The translations under genes and the position numbers were made by a program. A model generated the notes under the pieces. It was given only the letters and a program-made list of their open reading frames with translations, searched no databases and was not told the origin of the DNA. From contig OZ024741.1 of assembly GCA_964016885.1 (NCBI GenBank), forward strand, positions 47,678,001 through 47,742,000: a stretch of 64,000 nt of DNA. The letters are read 5' to 3'. Origin of the DNA: Eledone cirrhosa. Lineage: Eukaryota. How positions within the stretch are numbered: the stretch's first letter is position 1; each line of letters starts with the position of its first letter. Below are positions 1 through 13,058 of the stretch, piece after piece.

Positions 1-88
1 CAAAAGGTGTGGCCTTTTATCTAAGATTAAAATAATTATTATTAAAATTATTATTTTCTAGCTCAATATCACATTGGCTTGGGTTCAA

Positions 89-237
<149 letters not shown>

Positions 238-549
238 TGTGTGTATTGAAACCATGTTTCGATGCTGAGTGTTCCAGTTATTTGATCAGTGGAACAGACT
301 TCTCATGTAAGTGACTGAGCATTCAACAGACATGTGTACCCATGATGTAATTCTCAGAGATATTCAGCATGACACAGTGGCTGTTCTTTTGAATCAGAGG
401 TACAACTAATTTTGTCCAGCTGAGTTGACTGGAGCAATGTGAAATAAAGTGTTTTGTTCAAAGATACGTGCCACTGTGAGTTGAATTTACAACTTTACCA
501 TATGCCACCATAACACACATATCTTTATTTTGCTTCTTGTTTTTTCTAG

Positions 550-602
550 TGGTGACCACCGACAGAAGTTTTACTGGGGACACAAAGAAATTCTCATTCC
601 TG
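550..602 (+). CDS. ACLY: ACLY exon ([17 protein letters not shown])
   Basis: ttctag| ... |gtaagt; peptide recognised as ACLY. Confidence 0.93.
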
Positions 603-3600
603 GTAAGTTCTATAAATATACTAGAACCATATTGACAGTCAATCTCAAACACTAACTTGTCCGAAGATGATTATTTTTCTGGTAATTAAGTTCATCTTTA
701 GAGATAAATGTCTTTTCAATATTTACTTCTACAATAAATAGCAATCTGCTACATTTCCAGTTTTCATCAATTGTAGTTTTTCCTGAATTTATATATAATC
801 ACAGACTGGATTTTAATTAGGAAGCTAAATTAAAAGTAATAAAGGTTCCTGTTTTGAAATATATATACCACCAGAAATAGACAGCTGATACATTCATATG
901 TGTCTAGGTTGGGGGTCTTATGGCCAAGAACACCAGAAGTTTCCACTGCTAAAGGCTCGACCACAAACCTGTCTGAGAGTGACTGATATATGTCGAGTTT
1001 ACCCTTCTCGGCCTGAAATGTAGCAGAGCCTGGACTAGTCACAGACTGCACTTGGTTGCCACTGGGGAAAGTGTCATTGCATGTGGCACCCCAGGAAGAA
1101 TATTGTAGCATATATTTCTGTAGGAAGCTGGTGATCTACTCTGTCACTACTTAGTTTTTTGTTCAATGCAGTCCTTTCAGCAAATAAGTATGTCTGTCTG
1201 TGTGTCTGTGCATGCACATGTGTCACTATTATTTTGTCTTTGTTGACATGATATAAATTTAGTACTTCATTTTCTTTTCTCTTCTCTTGCACATTTTGAT
1301 AAACTATTTTAATGTATTTTAATATATATTATATTTAATGTTTTCTAGTTTACAAAAACATGGCTGATGCAATGAAAAAACATCCTCATAGTGATATCTT
1401 GGTGAATTTTGCATCTCTACGTTCTGCTTATGAAAGCACAATTGAAACTCTCAACTATCCTCAGGTTAAAATCACATTCATTTGTTAAACTTTAGTTCCT
1501 TGTTCTTTGCAATGGTTAACCTTTTCATTACCATATTTCCTATGAAAAACACTGTCCATGCTTTTGAATTCCTTTTGAAAATAGAGATTTGGTAAGATTT
1601 AGTAATATAACTAACTTCCTCATTATTAAACTGTTGTTTGGAACATAACGTAACAAAGGTTCTTACATGAAATTATGATGGGAGGTTTTCTGACAAATGG
1701 GTATCATCATCATCATCATCATCATCATCAACGTTTAACGTCCGTGTTCCACGCTTGCATGGGTTTGGACGGGGGTAGTCCCACTTGAGGCAAGAGTGAT
1801 TGTCTTGCTCGCATAGGACTGTCTGGCAGGTTTTCTACAGTTGGATGCCCTTCCTAACACCAACCACATTTACAGTGTGGGTCTGGGAGGTTTTTACCGT
1901 GTTGCCTACACGGCCACATTACAGCGTGGACTGTGTGTTTTTTTGTCGTGACACCTACACGATCTCATTTGTTTCGGCCTCGATGGCGCGGCACCAACAT
2001 AACTTTACATAGAACGGGGTGGTGTGGATCGGGTGGGGGTGGTGGGACGGGGTGTATTTGTTAGAGATGCCTACTGGCTGGAGTAGGTTTTACTATATAT
2101 TTAGGTAAGGCGGGTCTTCTCTGTTACTGAGTACCGCCAAAGGTCTCGGTCCAGTGACATTGTCTTGGAGAGGTGTAAGTGTGTGATGTCGGAGTTTATC
2201 AGCTCGTCCCAGGTTTTTCTAGGTCTGCCTATTCCGTGACTACCGTCTATCTTTATTGCCCTGCACTTTGTTATACAGCTATCGACTTTCATGCGCATCA
2301 CGTGTCCATACCAACGTAGCCTTCTCTCGAGTAAACAACATCTGATCCCTCTTATCTCTAATTTATTCCTTAGTTCGTTTATGCTTTGCCGTTCACGTAT
2401 ATTACTGTTACACATCCAGCGGAGCATGCAAGCTTCGTTCCTCTCTAGTCTGCGTATATCCTCTGCACACAATGCCCAGGTCTCACTGCCATGCAGCATT
2501 GCTGTTCGTATGCAGGCATCGTACAACCTGCCTTTCATTTTTAGTGAGAACCCTTTAGCAGCTAATAGTGGTATAAGCTCTCTGAACTTTTTCCAACCAG
2601 TTCTGACTCTAGCTACAGTACTTTCAGAGCACCCTCCCCCACTGCTGATTTTATCGCCCAGGTAACGGAAGCTGTCCACTATTTCTATAGAACCCTCTGC
2701 GCAATTGAAAGAGCTAGTAGTTTGTGGGCACTTGCTGCTACTTATTGCACCAGAGCACCGGCCACATGTAAAATCTATGTTCTATGGTATGGCCAACTGG
2801 CCTGCCCTTTTTCATAAGTGTCACACTGTAAATGTGGTTGGTGTTAGGAAGGGAATCCAGCTGTAAAAATCCTGGCCAAATTTTACAGCTCTGTTTGAGC
2901 AAGGTACGGCGCGACCAACTGGCCAGATATGTCTCATGTTGTGGACAACTCGTCTAACCCATGGAAAATGGACATTAAACGGTGATGATGGTAAGCACTT
3001 TAAGATAAACAGTCTTGTATCATAGAAGGGTTATGGTTATTTTAAACAGAAGACACCAATGGTGTTATTTATAATGGTGATGATGATTTTATACCCTAAT
3101 TGTACTGTTTAGACAACAGTGAAGACTATTTTCATATAGTGTATGTACATCATGCAATGGCTCCATCGACAGTTTATATAAGATTGCTGGTAGAAATCAT
3201 ATGCACATTTAGTTTTGTACTTTCATTTAGTTTTCATTAAATGTATTATACATTTCCCATCAGTTGACTATTCTGTTAAATTTTATTACATATAGATACG
3301 AACAATAGCCATTATTGCTGAAGGCATTCCTGAAAACCTTACAAGACAACTAATCATGGAAGCTGACAAGAAAGGAGTATGCATAATTGGTCCTGCAACA
3401 GTATGTATTTTGAATGATATTCTATGAATCTTTTATTACTACTTTTGCCATAGTTTTTCCAATAGTGTTATATATGTGTATCTTGTGTATGACTGTGTGT
3501 GATTATACTGTCTTTAATTCTTTCTTTACCAATGCTTTTCATATTATTTTGAAAAATAATCAAGGATTTGGAGGAATTTAGTAATATTACTTTCTCATTA

Positions 3601-6102
3601 TTTATCTAATATTTGGAATATAACTTATTAATGGTCTTCTTCTCCTCCTCCTGAGAGTGTCATGGGGGCAAAGTCTTCAAACGCTTCTTCCAGCAGGTCC
3701 TGTCAGAAGTAAAATTCTCCAATTTATCCTGCTGGATCTTCCAAGTGTGACCAGCCAAGCTCATGGATGTTATCCAACCATCTTGCTTGGGGTCTATCCT
3801 TGGGTCTCCTGCCAGTTGGTTTTGCCCATAAAATCTGTCCAGCGATTCTTTCCTGAGACATTCTAACCACATGACCCCCATCGTATCGGAGTTGTGATCT
3901 CTCAATTCGGAGAAGTGGTGACTCGACCTAGAGTGTCTCTCTGATTTTCGAGCTACGCACTCTATCGAGTAACGTTACTCCAAAAACCCTTCAGAGGAAC
4001 CTCTTCATCTAGCTAGGATGATATTTACCTTTATCTGATTGGGAGTTAATAAAATATTCACCTTTATCTAGCTAAGAGTTAATACAATATTTACCTTCAT
4101 CTAGTCAGGAGTTCATAAAATACTTCTGATAGTTTTTTGTTAATCATAATTAACTATACTTAACCCTCCACCTAATCGGAAGAAATTGATGTTATAAAAT
4201 TTAGTTTCTCTCATATTTATCATTTATTAGTATCTGAACTATAAGATTCACTCTTTTTCTCATGTCTGCCCTCTACTCATATAAGGAAACACTTAGTTTT
4301 CAGCAATGAATGATTACCATAATAAAAAGGCTTCAAAATATATATTAGTAAGTCCTCATTTCTTTTGAATGCTCGACTATATATTTATTTGCTTTTTCTG
4401 TTTCTGAATAGGTTGGCGGAGTGAAACCAGGTTGTTTCAAAATTGGAAATACAGGTGGAATGTTGGATAATATTTTGTCTTCCAAACTATACAGACCTGG
4501 CAGGTAAGTTTAGTGGTTTTTAAAACTGCACCAGGTTGAATAATAAAAATTGTGTACAGTGCTCAGATGCAGTACAACTCTTCAAAGGGGCATATATAGT
4601 ACATAGAATAATGTACAAAGGTCAGGAAAGTGAACAGTACACGAGTCATGATATATAAACACGTTAAAATAGCATTGTATTGTAAAACAGGGAAAGGTTT
4701 GATATCAAAAGGATTAACATTGTTGGCAGGAATCTTAGTACTATAATATGGAAGCAAATACTCTGTGTACAAAAACCACACTTCAGTTTTGATTACCAAT
4801 CAGAATCATTTCATTCTTATTGATAGTTGCATTATCATTGTTTTATAAATCTAAAACTCAATGTCTCGGACAAATAATTATTTTAATTATAGTCATTTTT
4901 ATTTTGCAATGTCTTAGATTTTTAGGTAAGTAGGAATGAGATTGTATAACATTCATGCTTTTCTTGTAGGAATTCATCATCATCATCATCATTGTGTTAA
5001 CTTACCATGTCAGCAAGGGTTGGATGGGTGGTCACAGTCTAAGACTAAACTGATCAGAGAACCGTGTCTTGCTCGTGTGTTCCATATTGTACTGGGTGCA
5101 TTTTCTTCATGGCATCAACACAACCATTTTACAGAGTGACTTAAATTAAATTGTTGCAACTAATACTTGTGACCATGTCACATAATTAGCTACGTGTACT
5201 CTTTAATGCTTCATAGTGTAAAAGAATCATTATTAATTGTGTTAACTATCTATTTTCAGTGTAGCATATGTCTCACGTTCAGGTGGAATGTCAAATGAAT
5301 TGAATAACATCATTGCACTGAATACAAATGGTGTCTATGAAGGTGTTGCTATTGGAGGAGACAGGTAAGAAACCAAATTTTTTTTTCTTATCACCATCAT
5401 CATCATCATCGTTTAACGTCTATCTCCCACGCTAGCATGGGTTTAGATTGTTTGAGGGTCAAAACACTTGCTTGAGGGGGTTTCTTCTCTGAATACCTTC
5501 TGCTCTCCAGCTCTCCTAAGAGTTTCTTACTACTGGAACCACTAGTCGTAGTTGAGTTTCACTGAACATAAAATGACTTATGATATAGTACTAATGCTTA
5601 TAGTGAGAGGTTACATGCCCAAACACTTAAGAGTGTGGTTTTACAGTATTTCAAATCAAGGTGTTGTTTAGTTTGGACTAAAATAAATGTGCTTGGCCTT
5701 TTCATGACCACATTTCTAATGAAATACACTCTATTCTAATTAATTAATTACGAATTTTAGGGGATTTACTATAGTTATTAATGTAGGGTTCTTATATAAA
5801 ATTATATTGGAAGATTTTAATTTAAATTGAAAGCCTTTGAAATGGGAGGTGGTTTTATTTCATAGAACCAGAGCTGGTTTTGGCTAGGTTGGTAACTAAA
5901 TGGTTAAGTTATTTAATTATTATTTTCATTTTAAAATGTGTTTTTCTTTTTAGATATCCTGGCACTACATTCCCTGATTATATAATGCGCTATCAAGAAC
6001 AGGATGATGTGAAAATGATTGTTCTCTTAGGAGAGGTAATCTTAGAATTTCATTCTATATGCTTTTGGGTATTTCTAAGGAAGACACACATGCATGTATA
6101 TA

Positions 6103-6134
<32 letters not shown>

Positions 6135-8487
6135 ATCATCATCATCATCATCATCGTTTAACGTCCATGTTCCACGTTTGCATGGGTTTGGACGGGAGTT
6201 TTCCCACTTGAGGCAAGAGTGGTTGTCTTGCTCGCATAGGACTGTCTGGTGGGTTTTCTACAGCTGTATGCCCTTCCTAACACCAACCACATTTACAGTG
6301 TGGGGCTGGGAGGTTTTTACCGTGTTGCCTACACGGCCTCATTACAGCGTGGACTGTCTGGCGTATTTTCTACAGCTGGATGCCCTTCCTAACACCAACC
6401 ACATTTACAGTGTGGGACTGGGAGGGTTTTTACCGTGTTGCCTACACGGCCACATTACAGCGTGGACTGTGTGTTTTTTGTCGTGACACCTACACGATCT
6501 CATTTGTTTCGGCCTGGATGTTGTGGCACCAACATAACTTTACATTGAAAGGGGCTGTGTGGAGGTGGTGGGACGGGGGTGTATTTTGTTAGAGATGCCT
6601 ACTGACTGTAGTAGGTTTTACTTTGTATTTAGGTAAGGCGGGTCTTCTCTATTACTGAGTACCGCCAAAGGTCTCGGTCCAGTGACATTGTCTTGGAGAG
6701 GTGTAAGTGTGTGAGGTCGGAATTTATCAGCTCGTCCCAGGTTTTTCTGGGTCTGCCTACTCCGTGGCTACCATCTATCTTTATTGCCCTGCACTTTGTT
6801 ATACAGCTGTCGTCTTTCATGCGCATCACGTGACCATACCAACGTAGCCTTCTCTCGAGTAAACAACATCTGATCCCTCTTATTTCTAATTTTTTCCTTA
6901 GTTCGTTTATGCTTTGCCGTTCACGTATATTACTATTACACATCCAGCGGAGCATGCAAGCTTCGTTCCTCTCTAGTCTGCGTATATCCTCTGCACACAA
7001 TGCCCAGGTCTCACTGCCATGCAACATTGCTGTTCGTATGCAGGCATCATACAACCTGCCTTTCATTTTTAGGGAGAACCCTTTAGCGGCTAATAGTGGT
7101 ATAAGCTCTCTGAACTTTTTCCATCCAGTTCTGACTCTAGCTACTGTACTTTCAGAGCACCCTCCCCCACTGCTGATTTTGTCACCCAGGTAACGGAAGC
7201 TGTCCACTATTTCTATAGAACGCTCTGCGCAATTGAAAGAGCTAGTATTTTGTGGGCACTTGCTGCTACTTATTGCACCAGAGCACCGGCCACATGTAAA
7301 ATCTGTGTTCTTAGTTAGCTTACCTGTGATCCCACTACATCTTTTATGCACCCATACTTTGCATTTGGGACATAAAATGGAGTTTCTACCTACGCCTTTC
7401 CTACACACTGAGCATGGCCATTTCCCGGAAGGGACCGGCGCCTTATTTTCTTTCCTACAAACTAGAACTTTAGTCTTAGCCAGGTTAATTTTAAGGCCTT
7501 TTGATTCTAGGCCGTGCTTCCATGTTTGGAATTTCTTCTCTAGCTCGGCCATTGATTCAGCTATGAGCGTTAGATCATCTGCGTATAGGAGTTCCCATGG
7601 GCAGCCGGTCTTGAACTCCTCTGTTATAGCCTGAAGGGCAATAATAAATAGTAGGGGGCTAAGAACAGAGCCCTGATGGACACCAACTTTTACGCTAAAC
7701 TCTTCACTATATTCGTTGTTAATTCTAACCTTGCTGACTGTTTCTTTATACATGGCTTGTATAGCTCTCACAAGCCATTCGTCAACACCTAGTTTTCTAA
7801 GAGCCCACCAGATAATGGAACGGGGGACTCTGTCGAAGGCTTTCTCCAAGTCGACAAAAGCTAAGTATAGGGGTTTACTTTTAGCTAGGTACTTCTGTAG
7901 TTGTCGTACAATGAAAAGAGCGTCTGTGGTACTTTTGCCTGACACAAACCCGAACTGCATTTCATCTAGATCAATTCTCTCTCTGATTAGTTGCGCTATT
8001 ACTTTTTCCGTGACCTTCATGACCTGGTCGATTAATTTAATGCCTCTATAGTTACTCCTATCTAGGGCGTCTCCTTTACCCTTGTAACAGTTAACGATGA
8101 TGCTGCTACGCCAGTCCTTCGGAACAACCCCATTCTGTATGACTTAGTTTACTATCCGGGTGACCATGGTGTGTCCCACCGTTCCAGAGGCTTTCAGCAT
8201 CTCAGCAACTATTTCCGAAGGCCCAGCCGCCTTACCCGTCTTCATATCTTTGATTGCCTTACTTATTATACTACCTTCGACTAACACTGCTGGTCCCTCT
8301 ATTGGGTCGATGTGGGGGAGACTGTCTTTCTCCCATTTATTCTCCTCATTTAGTAGCCTTTCGTAGTGACACTTCCAAGCTACCTTCTTATCAGCGTCAG
8401 TGATGGCAAGTACGCCATCATCGTTAAGTACACACTTCTCCCCGATAATATCACGGTTTTCCTTGACACATTGCCTAGCAATCCTGA

Positions 8488-8536
<49 letters not shown>

Positions 8537-10063
8537 TTATTATTAAGGCTAAAAAGTAAGTCGTGTCACAGGGACAGGGTCATCAGACAAGTTCTTGTCT
8601 GATGACTCTGTGATAAACAGGCAAAATTCCAGAGTAACAAGACTCACTTTTTAGCCTTAACAATAATATTAAAATTCTACTTTGGTATTGAGTATCCCCT
8701 TTTCTCAGCCGTCAACCACATACGGATATATATGGTATGTAGATCCTCAGTTAAATTGGGGGTAATCACAATTAATAAGGTACTCAATACATTTGTAGAG
8801 TGTGAGCATCATATTTAATGTAGAAAGGGCCTCTCCAGAACTAGAACTGCTTCATTCGTATGAAACAGTTCTAGTCCCATAATAGCTTTCTACATTAAAT
8901 ATGATATATATATATATGTGTATGTGTGTGTGTGTGTGTGTGTAAAAATGTATATATAATGATGATGATATACAGCCATTTTACTGGCTATATAACAAAT
9001 GGGTTTAGAACTAATCAACTGCGTGGTGATTAAGTAACTGTTGGTCAGTTATATATTTTCTAATATCCTCACTAATGTGTTATATTCATCAACTATTGAC
9101 TATATTAGATAGTGTAGATCAGCATTAATCCTTTCATTACCCTATTTCTAATAAAACACTGCTTAGGATTTTAAAATAATTTTGAAAACAAGAAAGAATT
9201 TGGAGAGATTTAGTAATATAACTAACTTTCCCATTATTAAACTATTGTTTGGAACATAACTTAACAAAAGTTCTTACATGATATTTTAATGTAACTTTTT
9301 CAAATAAAAAGAATTTGCAGGGATTTAGAATAATATAAGTAACTTTCTCATTATTAAATAGGTGTTTGAAACATAAAGGTTCATACATAAAATTATGATT
9401 GACATTTTTTTTTAGATAAATAGACAATCTATTTCGACAGTCAGCCACACATCACATCTTAGGGTTAACTAAATACTTTGAGGCAAGCCAGTACACTCGC
9501 AGCATTAACACGGGGGATGGCGAGGCTAAGGCGCTGAAACTATTAAAATATATCCATCTATTAGTTATTAGGCTTTATAAAGGTTTTTATTTCTTTTCAG
9601 GTTGGTGGTGTTGAAGAATACAAAGTAATTGAAGCCATGAAGGCTGGTAAAATCACCAAACCTCTTGTAGCTTGGTGTATTGGGACTTGTGCCCGGATGT
9701 TTACCTCAGAGGTATTATATCTGATTTTATCTTTATTTTACTTCACGTGATTCAATGAAATATGAACAATAACTTTCATCATCATCATTATGTAATGTCC
9801 ACTTTCCCTGGTAGCAAGGGTTGGTAGGGTCTACATAGACCAAGTCAGTACTGAACCAAGGCTACTGACCTCCCAAATAGGCCAAAAGGTCTGTATCCCA
9901 CTTACATACAGTCATATCAAGTGACTTTATAAATACTTGGAATATAAAACACCCATTTTCTTACTCTGTGGTATTATGCATAAATGAATAGATTTAATCT
10001 AATAACTGTCATAGTGAATGTTGGTCTATTCTTAGCATGTGCATATAGCTGAGTATGTGTATG

Positions 10064-10100
<37 letters not shown>

Positions 10101-13018
10101 TAATAAAATAATGAATAAACAAAGAAACAGTTCCTTATATTAAAAAATTCATCATTTTACGATCGTTTCTAGGATATATATGTTAATGTTGGTATGCATA
10201 TCCTATAGATCTATGTAAAATTTTTACAAACTATCAGAGGGAATATACATACCTACACATATATATGCTGTCTTCAGAAATAATTGTTTCTACTTTAGGC
10301 ACAAGGCCAGCAACTACCCAGTGCCTCACTGGTACTTTATTTTATCGACCCCGTAAGGATGAAAGGCAAAGTCAACCTCGGCGGGATTTGAACTCAGATC
10401 GTAAAGGGACGTAACTATGCTAGAAAGCATGGCGTCCGACCCTCTACCGATACTACCAATCCACCGCCCTGTCTTCAGAAATATTGATATTTGTTTATTG
10501 AAAAAAACCAACACAGATTTAATACAATAGGTCTGTTTGGGAACAGGTTTTGAATTGACCAATAGAAAGATAGTGAAGGTCAAGATGGTAAAATAGTAGT
10601 AAAAGAACCTAAATTTATGGTTAGAGGAAGGTAGATTTCAGTTTTGGATGGAAAGAATATTATGAATGAAAGATTATTTTAGGGATGAAAATAGGTCATA
10701 TGCTGACCTCAGAAATAATTATATTTGTTCATTGAATAAAACCAACAAAGATTTAATATAGTAGGTCTGTTTGGGAACAGGTTTTGAATTGACCAATAGA
10801 AAGGTAATGATTGGCCAAATGGTAAAATAGTAGTAATGGAAGTTTATTTTAGGGGTAGAAGAAGGCAGATTTTCGTTTTGAATGGAAGGAGTATGAAGAA
10901 TGAAAAGGTTATTTTAGGGGTGAAAATAGGTCAGGTCAGCATCAGCATCCTATAAAAACAATAAACAACATCGAAACCGTAATAGACGGGTTACTTGGTA
11001 TAATGCTCCATTCAATTTACAAATTAAGGATAATATATCTAAAAAAAATTTTAATATCCTAGAGAAGAACTCCCTGCCAAACAACAAATACCATCAAATT
11101 TTAAATAGATCAACGGTTAAATTCTCCTACTCAACAACCAAAAACATAAAACAAAATATAAGTGCCTACAATGCATATAAATGTAAAAAAAACCATGAGT
11201 ATACCACCAGTACATCAAACTAACCATAATATCTCCTCTGATACAGGATTCACGAAAAGTTGTAACTGTAGAAACAAAGCAAACTGCCCATTAAAAGGAT
11301 ATTGCCTCGTTAATAACATAGTATATAAATGTAAAGTTAACACTAAGGACTCAATTTATTCATATATAGGAGCTACCTCTAACCAATTTAAAGTAAGATT
11401 TAATACCCACAAACATAGTTTTAAAAATGCCGCATTAGCTAATACAACATCTCTAGCTGAAATAATTAATAATTATAGAAAGAGGAATATAGATTATGAC
11501 CTGACCTGGAGTGTGCTCAAAAGGGCCACCCCTTATCAAAATAATAGATATGAATGTAGATTGTGTTCCCAAGAACTTTTTGAAATAATGAAATCTAAGG
11601 ATATCCTATTAAATAAACGACAGGAATTAATAATATCGTATAATCATAAACTGAGAAAAACCTTTAAATATTATAAACCTAATTAATATACATTTTAGAA
11701 ATTAATATAAAAACTTTCTTTAATTTAGTTAACCTATAATTAATATTCTACTACTGATGAACTACATAATTTTACTTTCCTTCTTACAACTATCTTTTCC
11801 TAAAATTGATACCATTTAGTAAAAATATATAATGTTTTAATTTCAGGTTATGATTCTATGTTCCTTAAAATCTCTATATATTTATTATTTCTCACCAATA
11901 AATTTAACTCCCCCCCCCCCCCCCCCATAATTATATATATATTTATATATATATATATTCTTTTTATATTTTTTTAATTTCCCCTCATCTTTAACAGCAC
12001 TCTTCAATTACATCTAACTCTTATTTATCATATCTATATGCATTGATATAATTTTATCAATATAAATATACCCATCAATTAAATTAATTTATATTATTTT
12101 AATTTAAATTAATTTATATTCTTTTCATAGATGTAAATTCCATATATATTTTTTTCACTAACAACTTTATCGTAAAATTTTAGTCTCCTTAGATATCTAC
12201 ATTGGCATTATTCTTTTATAACAGCAACTTTTCGTGTACCTTTAACTGACCTGACCTATTTTCACCCCTAAAATAACCTTTTCATTCTTCATACTCCTTC
12301 CATTCAAAACGAAAATCTGCCTTCTTCTACCCCTAAAATAAACTTCCATTACTACTATTTTACCATTTGGCCAATCATTACCTTTCTATTGGTCAATTCA
12401 AAACCTGTTCCCAAACAGACCTACTATATTAAATCTTTGTTGGTTTTATTCAATGAACAAATATAATTATTTCTGAGGTCAGCATATGACCTATTTTCAT
12501 CCCTAAAATAATCTTTCATTCATAATATTCTTTCCATCCAAAACTGAAATCTACCTTCCTCTAACCATAAATTTAGGTTCTTTTACTACTATTTTACCAT
12601 CTTGACCTTCGCTATCTTTCTATTGGTCAATTCAAAACCTGTTCCCAAACAGACCTATTGTATTAAATCTTTGTTGGTTTTTTTCAATAAACAAATATCA
12701 TTATTTCTGAAGACAGCATATATATGTGTAGGTATGTATATTCCCTCTGATAGTTTGTAAAAATTTTACATAGATCTATAGGATATGCATACCAACATTA
12801 ACATATATATCCTAGAAACGATCGTAAAATGATGAATTTTTTAATATAAGGAACTGTTTCTTTGTTTATTCATTATTCTATTAATTTATCTTGACTCTGT
12901 TTTCCGTTATTTTTCACCGAAAAAATTTTTTGAATACATCTTATCTTTTCATGATATTTGGATTACATTGAGTTCTTCATACGGATTGGACACTACCGTA
13001 CATTTTGGTAGATTTATC

Positions 13019-13058
<40 letters not shown>

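Larger units (their letters stand above)
10095..13020 (+). mobile_element. Penelope-like retroelement, 5'-truncated, with inverted pseudo-LTR (likely Naiad-type)
   Basis: GIY-YIG region (IVYKC...[20 protein letters not shown]...CRLC..E...LLNKRQE) preceded by a CxCx5Cx5C linker and an [10 protein letters not shown]...[10 protein letters not shown] segment; arms 10095-10939 and 12246-12889 are reverse complements; (TA)n on both sides. Confidence 0.88.

Noticed and set aside
11162-11760. Selenoprotein-encoding Naiad element (in-frame UGA plus SECIS)
   Set aside because: The Cys positions use TGT/TGC, the ORF has no in-frame TGA, and no convincing SECIS was seen.
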